Source of the DNA: Mobula birostris
Taxonomy: Eukaryota
Reading direction: 5' to 3'
DNA length: 64,000 bases
Assembly: GCF_030028105.1 (NCBI RefSeq)
Contig: NC_092384.1
Span: 43,159,553 to 43,223,552 of the forward strand
Shown here: positions 22,901 through 33,354 of the stretch, one piece after another
Numbering within the stretch: the stretch's first letter is position 1
How the letters are laid out: the number at the start of each line of letters is the position of its first letter
Program-made: the position numbers and the translations under genes
Notes under the pieces: generated by a model
What the model saw: only the letters and a program-made list of their open reading frames with translations
What the model was told of the DNA's origin: nothing
Databases searched by the model: none

Positions 22901-24028
22901 GCAACAGTACTGAATTTTCTCCATTTGTAGACAATTTATCTTTAGTGTGGACAGAACACTCTGGTCTTAGAAATGCCTTTGGAGCCTTTTCCAGCTTCAT
23001 GCATCTCTTCAGTTCTAAGATCCTCCTGAAGGTTGTTTTGAATGAGGCTTGGTGCACATAAATGGATCTCTTGAGAAGAGCAGGCTCTGTCAGTAATCTG
23101 ACTTTGTGTCAATAGCGCAGCAGACCGCTACAACCTACACCTCAAATCTCATCTCATTGACTGGAACGCCCAGATCACTTTTGTAGAAGGCATTATCCCA
23201 GAGGTTCACATACTACTTTGAACTTAAGCAATTGTACCTTGCCAATACTGAGTACACCATTTAAACAATCAGTCTGAGTGTTAGTTTAGACATATTGTTT
23301 GTCAATTATTGTGACTTGGATAAAGATCAGACCACAGTGAGTAATGCAGAAAACAGGTCATTGCAAAGGGTTCACAAAGTTTTTCTTGGAACTCTATTTG
23401 CTTGTCCTGTAATTTTCAATTAACTAGATCTTTAATTCTGTTCTGAACAAATGTGTAATTCAAATGTTGAGATAAGTATTGGGTAATTCCTGTCTAGGTT
23501 TTGTTCTGAAGTGAGCCAAGAATAAAAGCCAGTCAGTAACTGAAATGGTAGCCTGGAAGAACTTTTCACTGAGCTTGGCTGAAATGATACATGTACTCAT
23601 GGATGTTTAAACCACCATTACATTGAAGAGAAGATGTGTGATAGATCTGAATATCACAAATTTACCTGCAAATTTTGGATCCTACTATTTGCTAACGAGT
23701 TGTTTGTTGCTTGCATTACAATACTGACTACATTGAGTATTTCTAAAGTATTATCAAAAGCAGGGAGTTGTTGAACGCCTGACATGTACCCATTTCGGCA
23801 GGCCATCAAATGCAATAAATTTAGATCTTTAAAGTAAACTTTCCTTCAGTCAATGCAATCAGGCAACACTGTTTTTGTTGCATTTTTATCTTTGTTGCTT
23901 TTTTTTTTAAGGATAAAGCTCACTCTAAACAAGCACTGCTATTGGAACAAAGCTCACCTCTACCTTCTGGAATTTTAACTCCACCACAAAGCAGCAAGAA
24001 ACAAAACAACTGGTGTGAGTCCTTGTGA
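13983..24028 (+). CDS. CCNE1: G1/S-specific cyclin E1, complete, 408 aa; join(13983..13996,14110..14194,14280..14339,17636..17802,17925..18060,18556..18702,18787..18882,19074..19208,21199..21310,21394..21551,23912..24028)
   Basis: 1227-nt spliced ORF with RSRKRK NLS, cyclin box [20 protein letters not shown] and C-terminal [10 protein letters not shown] (E1-type). All junctions are GT-AG and in phase. Adjacent to URI1 as in other vertebrates. Confidence 0.96.
14110..14194 (+). CDS. CCNE1: CCNE1 coding exon 2 ([11 protein letters not shown])
   Basis: Matches cyclin E RSRKRKANV; donor GTGAGT. Confidence 0.9.
14280..14339 (+). CDS. CCNE1: CCNE1 coding exon 3 ([20 protein letters not shown])
   Basis: Similar to human FLQDPDEE; AG/GT sites in phase. 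Confidence 0.85.
15325..15460 (-). mobile_element. SINE fragment (V-SINE/HE1-like); related copies near 25850-26030 and 57450-57745
   Basis: Shared GGACAATTTACAATGA...CTGTGAGAGGAAAC...CACAGGGAGAA motifs. Confidence 0.5.
17636..17802 (+). CDS. CCNE1: CCNE1 coding exon 4 (...[10 protein letters not shown])
   Basis: Matches SRGSPLPVL; donor GTAAGT. Confidence 0.9.
17925..18060 (+). CDS. CCNE1: CCNE1 coding exon 5 (WANRDEVW...[11 protein letters not shown])
   Basis: Start of cyclin box. Confidence 0.97.
18556..18702 (+). CDS. CCNE1: CCNE1 coding exon 6 ([17 protein letters not shown]...IAAKLE)
   Basis: Cyclin box; 147 nt. Confidence 0.97.
18787..18882 (+). CDS. CCNE1: CCNE1 coding exon 7 ([18 protein letters not shown]...ILK)
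   Basis: Cyclin box; 96 nt. Confidence 0.97.
19074..19208 (+). CDS. CCNE1: CCNE1 coding exon 8 ([20 protein letters not shown]...)
   Basis: 135 nt; homologous to [20 protein letters not shown]. Confidence 0.96.
19545..20357 (+). mobile_element. Old degenerate Penelope-like element in a CCNE1 intron
   Basis: TTCCATCTGGGTAGCCTCCAACCTGATGGCA and CATAGATGCTGCCTGACTTGCTGAGTT match the younger PLE copies. Confidence 0.75.
21199..21310 (+). CDS. CCNE1: CCNE1 coding exon 9 ([24 protein letters not shown]...)
   Basis: 112 nt; C-terminal cyclin fold. Confidence 0.96.
21394..21551 (+). CDS. CCNE1: CCNE1 coding exon 10 ([17 protein letters not shown]...HNIQIH)
   Basis: 158 nt; donor GTAAGT. Confidence 0.96.
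21646..23394 (-). mobile_element. Tc1-family DNA transposon (long IR/DR-type TIRs), inactivated
   Basis: TIRs CAATTGCAAGAAAATTGTAAACCCTTTGCAAT... / ...ATTGCAAAGGGTTCACAAAGTTTTTCTTGGAACTC|TA; transposase remnants [13 protein letters not shown] and [11 protein letters not shown] on the minus strand. Confidence 0.88.
23912..24028 (+). CDS. CCNE1: CCNE1 last coding exon (DKAHSK...[18 protein letters not shown])
   Basis: Contains the C-terminal phosphodegron; TGA at 24026-24028. Confidence 0.95.
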   Translation, partial: DKAHSKQALLLEQSSPLPSGILTPPQSSKKQNNWCESL

Positions 24029-24286
24029 AATCAAGTTGCAACTATGGTTTAGTGGGTGAATTTTTCCTTGCTGGAAATCTGAATACAGCTTGATGCAGAG
24101 AAGATGGGACTTGATTTGTGTAATATTGAATGCTGACGACAGCCAGGAATTTTACTTGCATTCTTCTAATGGCATTGTCACTTAATTCTGGATGTTAAAA
24201 GTATCTACTTGTTTTTAATACACATTTTTATACCTGTTATAGCCAAAAACTCCAACCAAATAAGGAGTACTTTGAGTAATCCTGAA

Positions 24287-24294
24287 TGCTGCTA
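24287..24294 (+). promoter_or_regulatory. miR-15/16-family 8mer target site in the CCNE1 3'UTR (second 7mer-A1 site GCTGCTA at 24363-24369)
   Basis: TGCTGCTA is the complement of the miR-15/16 seed plus A1; CCNE1 is an established miR-15/16 target. Confidence 0.7.
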
Positions 24295-24380
24295 AGGAGG
24301 GTGGCTCTCTAAAATAAACAGTGAGGTCATAGATTGATTTATAAAATGTTTATGAACTTTAAGCTGCTATGTTTATTTTA

Positions 24381-24386
24381 AATAAA
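24381..24386 (+). terminator. Probable CCNE1 polyadenylation signal (alternative AATAAA at 24313-24318)
   Basis: AATAAA about 350 nt after the stop, followed by a T/GT-rich sequence. Confidence 0.6.
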
Positions 24387-24549
24387 GGTACATCTACATT
24401 ATTTGCCCTGTCCCATGTGTAATGTTAAAAAAGGTGGCTAGCTGTGCAGAAGATGGAACAAGCAGGAAGCAGTAGCTCTTAATGATCTTCATGCAACAGA
24501 GGGATAGCAAATGCTGAAATTGGGATGCTGAAATCTTTTCCTTAAATCC

Positions 24550-25330
24550 AGATGGCATGTGGTCATATACAGGTTTCTAAGAGTAACTGTGTAGGACAGT
24601 ATAAAATTATGGAAGTTTGTTAGAAAGGTGTGGTATTAATCAGTGGATAGTTTCAATCTCAAGATTAAAAATGAGCAAAGGTATCTGGATGAAGTGTTTG
24701 ATTCTTGATATTTTATTAGAACAGCATATGTCACAGCTAATTAAAGGAAATACTAAGACCTGTAAGATTAAATAGCCTCATTTGAATGTTGTCTTTGAGG
24801 GAGAAGAATAGGTTTAAGATTAGTATTTTAGACTTGAGGGCAATTGTAAGAGTGTGAAAATGGAGCTAAAGGGAGATGCAGCATGCAAGAGGATTCTTTA
24901 AATGCTGGATGGAAAGGAGGGGCTAAACGGAATAACCAGCAAAAACTGCATAAAAGACTTTTTGACTATATTTATCTTGTACTCCAGTTTTTTGGAGTTG
25001 GAGCCAGGAAAGCTATGATTAGAAAAAGTTGGCAGAATGAATTGAGCATTTTGCTTTGGTTTTCAAAGATAAGATGTGGGATGCGGAAGGACTGAAAATT
25101 ACAATCATCTTACCAAAGTATTGAAACTGGGGGCCTGGTGAGTCACTGCTGAGGCCCTTCATCCCTGGGGACTTAAGTGAATAGTGAGACAGTTGATGCA
25201 TCAGTTTTAAAACTCTAGATGTAAGGAAGGTTCTATTACATTATAAAATCACTCATGCTTTATTTGCATAAAGCACTTCTGAGGGAAGGAGAAACTAGAG
25301 GTGTAGTCCATACTGGATATGGAGGAAACA
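24550..25330 (+). mobile_element. Highly degenerate CR1 LINE body fragments
   Basis: Purine-rich; CR1 ORF2-like fragments. Confidence 0.35.
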
Positions 25331-26419
25331 CAGTCTATGTGCTCCTGTATTTTTAAAACAATGTTCAACTAAGTTGCATTTTTTTGGGGGGGGGGGGAAG
25401 AGAGGGTATCTTTAAGGAAGTTGGCTCAAAGGCAGTGTAGGTGCAGCTACTGGCTATTCTTAAGGCAGAAGTATATAAAATCCAGGGACTGAATGGTGGT
25501 ATTAGTTGCAAAACCCAACTCGGGTTCCTGATTTGTATGCTTCAGAATCAGACTTGATTATCACTGACATAGGTTGTGAAATTTGCTATTCTTTCAGCTA
25601 CCTAAACCTCTAACTCAGTCACCACCAAAAATTCCTTTCTTAGAAACATTGTTCATCTCTCCTTTCCTCAATTCCTTTAATGTATTAATCTTTAATTTTC
25701 AACCACCTTCAAATCACTTTACATGCCTGTTTTGCTTTCTCAAGCACTAATCTTCCTTGCTGATTTAAATCAATGTTTATCCTCAGGTTCTAATTCTAAT
25801 ATCTTTGATAGTTTTTACAAAATATTACCCAAATCTTAATTGAATTATGCCCACCTATTTATTAACACTAGCCTAATCACAGGATAATTGGTCATTGTAA
25901 ATTGTCCTAACTGGACTGGAGGAGAAAACTAAAATGGCTAAAGGAAACCGGCGTGGTCACAGGGAGAATATATATAAACTCCTACGAAATGGTTTTGGAA
26001 CTGAGCTGCGCTGTACCATGGTGTCCCTGACCAAAGTTAATACACCTAATCTGATCATCATAGTCACTACCTCTCATTGAATTGTCTTCAGTTTTAAATT
26101 GACCACAGCATTCTCCAACACCCTCTATGATCTGCTTATTCGATTTCAGGATCACGAGGTTCTGGCTCCCTGGTCCAAGGATTTTGTTAAAATTAGAACT
26201 AGAGCATAGTCGTTTTTGAATAATTTCAATTTTGCAGAGTTCCTACCAGATGGACTTGACAGCACACTAGGTCCAAATGCAAAAATGCTCAAGACATTTC
26301 AATTAGACACTAGTTAAATGTAGACATACACAAATTCACACATTGATGCATTTTGAACAAATAAACTCATTGATTTTCCTATGCTTTAGCTTTCCCTCAG
26401 TCTCTAAATGCACTTTTAG

Positions 26420-26843
26420 AGCCTGACGCACACCTCTCCCAAAATGTAACTCACGTCGCAGCAACACAGACCGCAACAACTGTGATTGGTCTGCTTGGTA
26501 GTATCGCATTTCCTCCTACGCTGCAATAGCTTCCCATTGGCCAACTGAAGGGCAGGGAAGGAACTCTGGCTGCAATGCTTTCCATAAAGCTTTACAGACC
26601 TCCGAAATTATGGAGGACACATTTCGCTTTTATGAATAAAGATACTCGCTTTAAACTTGCTTACCCCGAGAAAGAGTACCATGACCATGAAGCCTTGCGT
26701 GGGCAGGTGTGTGCACATGCGCGACATGCCCGAATTGCAGAGCAATGCAGACACACCAACGCACAAGTATAAATGCTCACAACGCACGTAAGCCATTTGC
26801 GTAGGCTACGGCGTCCATTTGACGCACAAGTATAAATCAGCCT
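26420..26843. mobile_element. PIF/Harbinger-like MITE fragment
   Basis: End GACGCACAAGTATAAATCAGCCT with internal repeat ACGCACAAGTATAAATG; CpG-rich relative to its flanks. Confidence 0.5.
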
Positions 26844-29174
26844 TTAGTCCTAATGTAGATCAGGGTACTGAATTTCAGACATAAGTACCTGTAACATCAG
26901 GCCCACTACTTTGTGTAACACCAATGAGTGAAATAGTTCATAATTGGAGTAATACTCTACACAAAGAGAGATGATTTGAGATTGTTAGAGTCAATCATTC
27001 CAGCCTTAGGACAGCACTGCACGATTTGTCCATGAGCTTCCATCCATTTTAGTCACTCATGATTGCATTATATTCTATTCTCAAAATATACCAGCATATG
27101 AAGGAAGACCTAAATAATATCCAGGCACAGACTGATAAGTGGCAAGTAACATGTCTCCTATCAAAGTGCTAAATGTTAATGATCTTCAACTGTGTGAACA
27201 TTTACTAATTTTTACATCAATATCATCATTCATCTGCCCAATCATCAACATTCTGTGATTCACCACTGAGCAGGAACTCAACTATCTCAGGCCAAATAAA
27301 TACTATTCCTACAAACGTAAAGCAGGCTTCACTTCTGCGGTAAGTGACTTATTTTCAATAAGGAATTTAGAAAACTTAGCAGTTTTGTAAGCTCTCTGAG
27401 ATATTGCATGTGTCTAGACAGGTTATGGACATAATGTACTTTACTTTTTTTTGGAAAAGAAATAATCAATGCCTCAAATTCTAGATTAAAAAAAGAAAAT
27501 TTCCTTGACATTGACATCAATGCCCATTTCTCTATCATAACAACATTATTCAAATTCTGAAAGTTGACTTCCCTGACACCCTTTTTCCCCACAACAAACC
27601 CTAAAATACACATTTCGTTTGGCATTATGGATTTTTATTATGTTAATATATACAGTAATAGGTGCTGATTGTGTTAATTTGTCTGCATTGAGCCTTACCT
27701 GCAAGCAGTCTACTTGCAGCAACCAGGTCTAGAAGGCTGGGGAAAAAGTGAGTGAAGGGATAGTTTAGTTCAAAAATTTGAGATAGTGAAACAAATCTGT
27801 CTTTTCATTCTAACTATTTTATGCTTGAACCAATTCCACGATACAAGAGAAAACATTGTGGCCAGTGAGTCCATGCTGATCATAGTGCTCACCCAGGTAG
27901 TCACAATTTCCCACATTCAGCCCCACCCCACCATGTACCTGCCTCAACCACTTCTTTTGGCAGCTCATTCCACATAATCACCACCCTCTGTGTGAAATAG
28001 TCGCCCTTCAGGTGCCTTTTAAATCCATGCCCTCCAGTTTTGAACTCTCTTGGGGGAGGGGGGGGAATGCTGCTACCATTCACCTGCAGTCATCTTGAAA
28101 TTAATTGTAGCAATCACAGTGGGGCACATTTTGTGAATTTACAGTGGGCTTGACAGCCAAACAACTGTCATTTATACAGTTTGAGATTGATAATGCAGAG
28201 ATTAATATTAAAATTCTGATGTGCTATTGTAATTGAGTCATAAAAAATGTTAGCAGGGCTTTTTTGCCATATTAAAGAACAAATAAAGAAATATTACACT
28301 GGACAACTTCTCCCTGAGAAAAGCCAGCATGGATTAATGCAGGAACTTGCCTGAGGAACTAAAATTAATAATGATAGCAACAACAGGCATATTGTTATGC
28401 AATAAATGTTATTTATATGGACATCAATAAGGTTCAGCATATCTGAAGCAAAACTTGGGGAATTTAAAGCAATTTATAATTCTGATCAGGAAACTTTCTG
28501 AGACAGGAGAAAGAGGAATAATAAGTAACTAGGTAATCGATTCAGCAAGTTCCGTTCTGCATTAGGAATAAACATTCGGTTATTCAACCATATTTCTCGA
28601 CAACTTAGATCTTATAATAGCCTCACAACGCTCTAGCCCGAAACGTCCGCGAGATTAAAGAGCTGGTTGTTGACCTAACGAAACGGGGCGGGGCGTCTGT
28701 CTCCTCTTTAATGGAAATGCTATCCTTAAGTTCTTGGTAACTATACAACCAGCAACCTCATCCGGTCCCTCTTTTTATTCTACAATCATTTTCCCTTCAG
28801 AATCATCGGTAGAATCATACAAATAAAACTGCATGCATACAAATTTGTATAGGGCATCACAGCCTTTTGAACAGGGACGTCAAGTTCTTTCCTTGATTGG
28901 GAGTGATATAGGTATTAACAATTTAAATAAAAATATCTATTACTTTTCCCGTGTTGTGTCTTTATGCTTCTTACAGAAGTGGGTATGCCCCCCCCCACCC
29001 TACAGTCCAGTTTTTACTCCCCTTGCAAGGGAAAAAAACAAGACATTGATCAAAGATCAGGGGCAGAAAAATCCGACAAAGCTGCTGCAAAGAATACATT
29101 AGAACATTTAACGCAAAGAATTCCTCGGCGAACGCGACAGGAGACAGGCAACAGGATGGCGGAGCTGTCCGAGC

Positions 29175-29827
29175 TCGCTGACAATAAACTGCTTGCAGCA
29201 GAAACTGGACCTGTGCAGCAATGCGGGACTACAAATGCCGGAATCTGGAATAACACGCAAAGCACTGGAGTAACTCAGCATCTATGGAATGAAGTGGACA
29301 GTCCAGATGATGAATCTTGAGATGTCGACTACTTCCATCCATAGATGCTGCGAGTTCCTCCAACGCTTTTGTGTGCTGCCCCTTAAAACATAAGCCCCAC
29401 TACAGAGGTCCCGCCCCCTTCCAACCGATGCCACCTCCAAGGCTGCTCCATCGTCTCGCACTCCAAACCTTAGCCTCAATTCTAAAGGCTTTTACCTTGG
29501 CGTGCTCTTTGTGCTGTGAGCAAGACAGCTTGTGGGCAGGCGGTGCTGCGAGTCCGCCATTTCCTTTAGGCCAGGCCTAGCAGCCGATGCACAAACACTC
29601 ACCGACTGGGAGTCCTAAAGACATGTCTGTGTATGTGAAAACTGTGGCCGCGGAAATCCTCACATACATAGAGAGAGCAGACGTTTTCATCCGCACCATA
29701 ACACATTTCACACTCGCATTATGATCCCACCGGCTCCAGCCCAACTCTGACAAGGAATCCCTGGGTCTCAGCAACGCCTGCAGCTCCACGCCATGTTCCT
29801 CGCCCGGTGAATGCCGGGAGCACACGC
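29175..29827 (-). pseudogene. Inverted partial duplicate of the URI1 promoter, exon 1 and intron-1 start (exon-1 copy 29496..29560)
   Basis: Reverse complement of 29703-29827 matches 35057-35181 with 9 mismatches in 125 nt (manual count). ATGGCGGACTCGCAGC and GAGCACGCCAAG|GTAAA are retained; the exon is 65 nt instead of 81. Confidence 0.9.
29226..29376. mobile_element. Degenerate fold-back PLE remnant inserted in the duplicated URI1 arm
   Basis: Inverted CTGGAGGTAACTCAGCATCTATGGA / TCCATAGATGCTGCGAGTTCCTCCA; absent from the URI1 arm. Confidence 0.65.
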
Positions 29828-29861
29828 GCAAATCCGTCTCCCCGCTGTTCCTCCCTCATTT

Positions 29862-32800
29862 CCATCCACCTCCCGCCTCTCGGCTGCTCCATCCACCTCC
29901 CGCCTCTCGGCTGCTCCATCCACCTCCCGCCTCTCGGCTGCTCCATCCACCTCCCGCCCCTCGGCTGCTCCATCCACCTCCCGCCTCTCGGCTGCTCCAT
30001 CCACCTCCCGCCTCTCGGCTGCTCCATCCACCTCCCGCCCCTCGGCTGCTCCATCCACCTCCCGCCTCTCGGCTGCTCCATCCACCTCCCGCCTCTCGGC
30101 TGCTCCATCCACCTCCCTCCTCTCTGCACTCCTCCATCCACCTCCCGCCTCTCGGCTGCTCCATCCACCTCCCGCCTCTCGGCTGCTCCATCCACCTCCC
30201 GCCTCTCGGCTGCTCCATCCACCTCCCGCCTCTCGGCTGCTCCATCCACCTCCCGCCTCTCGGCTGCTCCATCCACCTCCCGCCTCTCGGCTGCTCCATC
30301 CACCTCCCGCCTCTCGGCTGCTCCATCCACCTCCCTCCTCTCGGCTGCTCCATCCACCTCCCGCCTCTCGGCTGCTCCATCCACCTCCCTCCTCTCTGCA
30401 CTCCTCCATCCACCTCCCGCCTCTCGGCTGCTCCATCCACCTCCCGCCTCTCGGCTGCTCCATCCACCTCCCGCCTCTCGGCTGCTCCATCCACCTCCCG
30501 CCTCTCGGCTGCTCCATCCACCTCCCGCCTCTCGGCTGCTCCATCCACCTCCCGCCTCTCGGCTGCTCCATCCACCTCCCTCCTCTCGGCTGCTCCATCC
30601 ACCTCCCTCCTCTCTGCACTCCTCCATCCACCTCCCGCCTCTCGGCTGCTCCATCCACCTCCCGCCTCTCGGCTGCTCCATCCACCTCCCGCCTCTCGGC
30701 TGCTCCATCCACCTCCCGCCTCTCGGCTGCTCCATCCACCTCCCGCCTCTCGGCTGCTCCATCCACCTCCCGCCTCTCGGCTGCTCCATCCACCTCCCGC
30801 CTCTCGGCTGCTCCATCCACCTCCCGCCTCTCGGCTGCTCCATCCACCTCCCGCCTCTCGGCTGCTCCATCCACCTCCCTCCTCTCTGTACTCCTCCATC
30901 CACCTCCCGCCTCTCGGCTGCTCCATCCACCTCCTGCCTCTCTGCACTCCTCTCCATCCACCTCCCTCCTCTCTGCACTCCTCCATCCACCTCCAGCCTC
31001 TCGGCTGCTCCATCCACCTCCCGCCTCTCGGCTGCTCCATCCACCTCCCTCCACTCCATCCCCTTCCCGCCTCTCCGCACTCGTCTCCATCCACCTCCCT
31101 CCTCTCTGCACTCCTCCATCCACCTCCCGCCTCTCGGCTGCTCCATCCACCTCCCTCCTCTCCGCACTCCTCCATCCACCTCCCGCCTCTCTGCACTCCT
31201 CCATCCACCTCCCGCCTCTCTGCACTCCTCTCCATCCACCTCCCGCCTCTCTGCACTCCTCTCCATCCACCTCCCTCCTCTCTGCACTCCTCTCCAACCA
31301 CCTCCCTCCTCTCTGCACTCCTCCATCCACCTCCCGCCTCCCTGCACTCCTCCACCTCCCTCCTCTCTGCACTCCTCCATCCACCTTCCTCCTCTCTGCA
31401 CTCCTCTCCACCCACCTCCCTCCTCTCTGCACTCCTCTCCACCCACCTCCCACCTCTCTGCACTCCTCTCCACCCACCTCCCTCCTCTCTGCACTCCTCT
31501 CCACCCACCTCCCTCCTCTCTGCACTCCTCCCTCCACCTCTCTCCTCTCCGCACTCCTCTCCATCCACCTCCCGCCTCTCCGCACTCCTCCATCCACCTC
31601 CCTCCTCCCTGCGCTCCTCTCCATCCACCTCCCGCCTCTCTGCATTCCTCCCTCCACCTCCCTCCTCTCCACACTCCTCTCCATCCACCTCCCGCCTCTC
31701 CGCACTCCTCTCCATCCACCTCCATCCTCTCTGCACTCCTCCATCCACTTCCCTCCTCTCCATCCACCTCCCTCCTCTCTGCACTCCTCCATCCACTTCC
31801 CGCCTCCCTGCACTCCTCCATCCACCTCCCGCCTCTCTGCACTCCTCCCTCCACCTCCCTCCTCTCCATCCACCTCCCGCCTCTCCGCACTCCTCCATCC
31901 ACCTCCCGCCTCCCTGCACTCCTCCATCCACCTCCCTCCTCTCTGCACTCCTCCAACCACCACCCTCCTCTCCACCCACCTCCCTCCTCTCTGCACTCCT
32001 CCCTCCACCTCTCTCCTCTCCGCAGTCCTCTCCATCCACCTCCCGCCTCTCCGCACTCCTCCATCCACCTCCCGCCTCTCTGCACTCCTCCCTCCACCTC
32101 CCTCCTCTCCACACTCCTCTCCATCCACCTCCCACCTCTCCGCACTCCTCCATCCACCTCCCGCCTCTCTGCACTCCTCTCCATCCACCTCCCGCCTCTC
32201 TGCACTCCTCTCCATCCACCTCCCTCCTCTCTGCTCTCCAACCACCTCCCTCCTCTCTGCACTCCTCCATCCACCTCCCGCCTCCCTGCACTCCTCCACC
32301 TCCCTCCTCTCTGCACTCCTCCATCCACCTTCCTCCTCTCTGCACTCCTCCATCCACCTTCCTCCTCTCTGCACTCCTCTCCACCCACCTCCCTCCTCTC
32401 TGCACTCCTCTCCATCCACCTCCCTCCTCTCTGCACTCCTCTCCACCCACCTCCCTCCTCTCTGCACTCCTCTCCACCCACCTCCCTCCTCCCTGCACTC
32501 CTCTCCACCCGCCTCTCCGCACTCCTCTCCATCCACCTCCCGCCTCTCTGCACTCCTCCCTCCACCTCCCTCCTCTCTATCCACCTCCCGCCTCTCTGCA
32601 CTCCTCCCTCCACCTCCCTCCTCTCTATCCACCTCCCTCCTCTCTGCACTCCTCTCCATCCACCTCCCGCCTCTCTGCACTCACCCCTCCACCTCCCTCC
32701 TCTCCGCACTCCCCCCTCCACCTCCCTCCTCTCCACCTCCCTCCTCTCCACCTCCCTCCTCTCCATCCACCTCCCGCCTCTCCGCACTCCTCCATCCACC

Positions 32801-33354
32801 TTCCTCCTCTCCGCACTCCTCTCCATCCACCTCCCGCCCTTCTGCACTCCTCCATCCACCTCCCTCCTCTCTGTACTCCTCCATCCACCTCCCTCCTCTC
32901 TGCACTCCTCCCTATCCACCTCCCTCCTCTCCATCCACCTCCCGCCTCTCTGCACTCCTCTCCATCCACCTCCCACCTCTCTGCACTCCTCTCCATCCAC
33001 CTCCCTCCTCTCTACACTCCTCTCCATCCACCTCCCTCCTCCCTGCACTCCTCTCCATCCACCTCCCTCCTCCCTGCACTCCTCTCCATCCACCTCCCGT
33101 CTCTCTGCACTCCTCCATCCACCTCCCTCCTCCCTGCACTCCTCTCCATCCACCTCCCGCCTCTCTGCACTCCTCTCTATCCACCTCCCTCCTCTCCATC
33201 CACCTCCCTCCTCTCTGCACTTTCCATCCACCTCCCGCCTCTCTGCACTCCTCTCTATTCACCTCCCTCTTCTCCATCCACTTCTCTCCTCTCTGCACTC
33301 CTCTCCATCCACCTCCCTCCTCTCCTCTCCATCCACCTCCCTCCTCTCTGCACT
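29862..33354. repeat. 3.5-kb pyrimidine-rich minisatellite; 27-bp unit CCATCCACCTCCCGCCTCTCGGCTGCT and 29/31-bp unit CCATCCACCTCCCTCCTCTCTGCACTCCT(CT)
   Basis: Directly visible tandem units; 9-aa periodicity in the ORF track. Confidence 0.98.

Noticed and set aside
24015-24020. GTGAGT cryptic donor just before the CCNE1 stop
   Set aside because: The unspliced frame gives a normal-length C-terminus and 3'UTR; no downstream exon evident
13983-24028. Assignment as CCNE2
   Set aside because: The LTPPQS degron and URI1 adjacency indicate CCNE1
28964-29320. 118-aa ORF with ATGGCGGAG start in a CpG-rich patch near a GC box (28685)
   Set aside because: No recognisable homology; it runs through the duplicated intron and a PLE remnant
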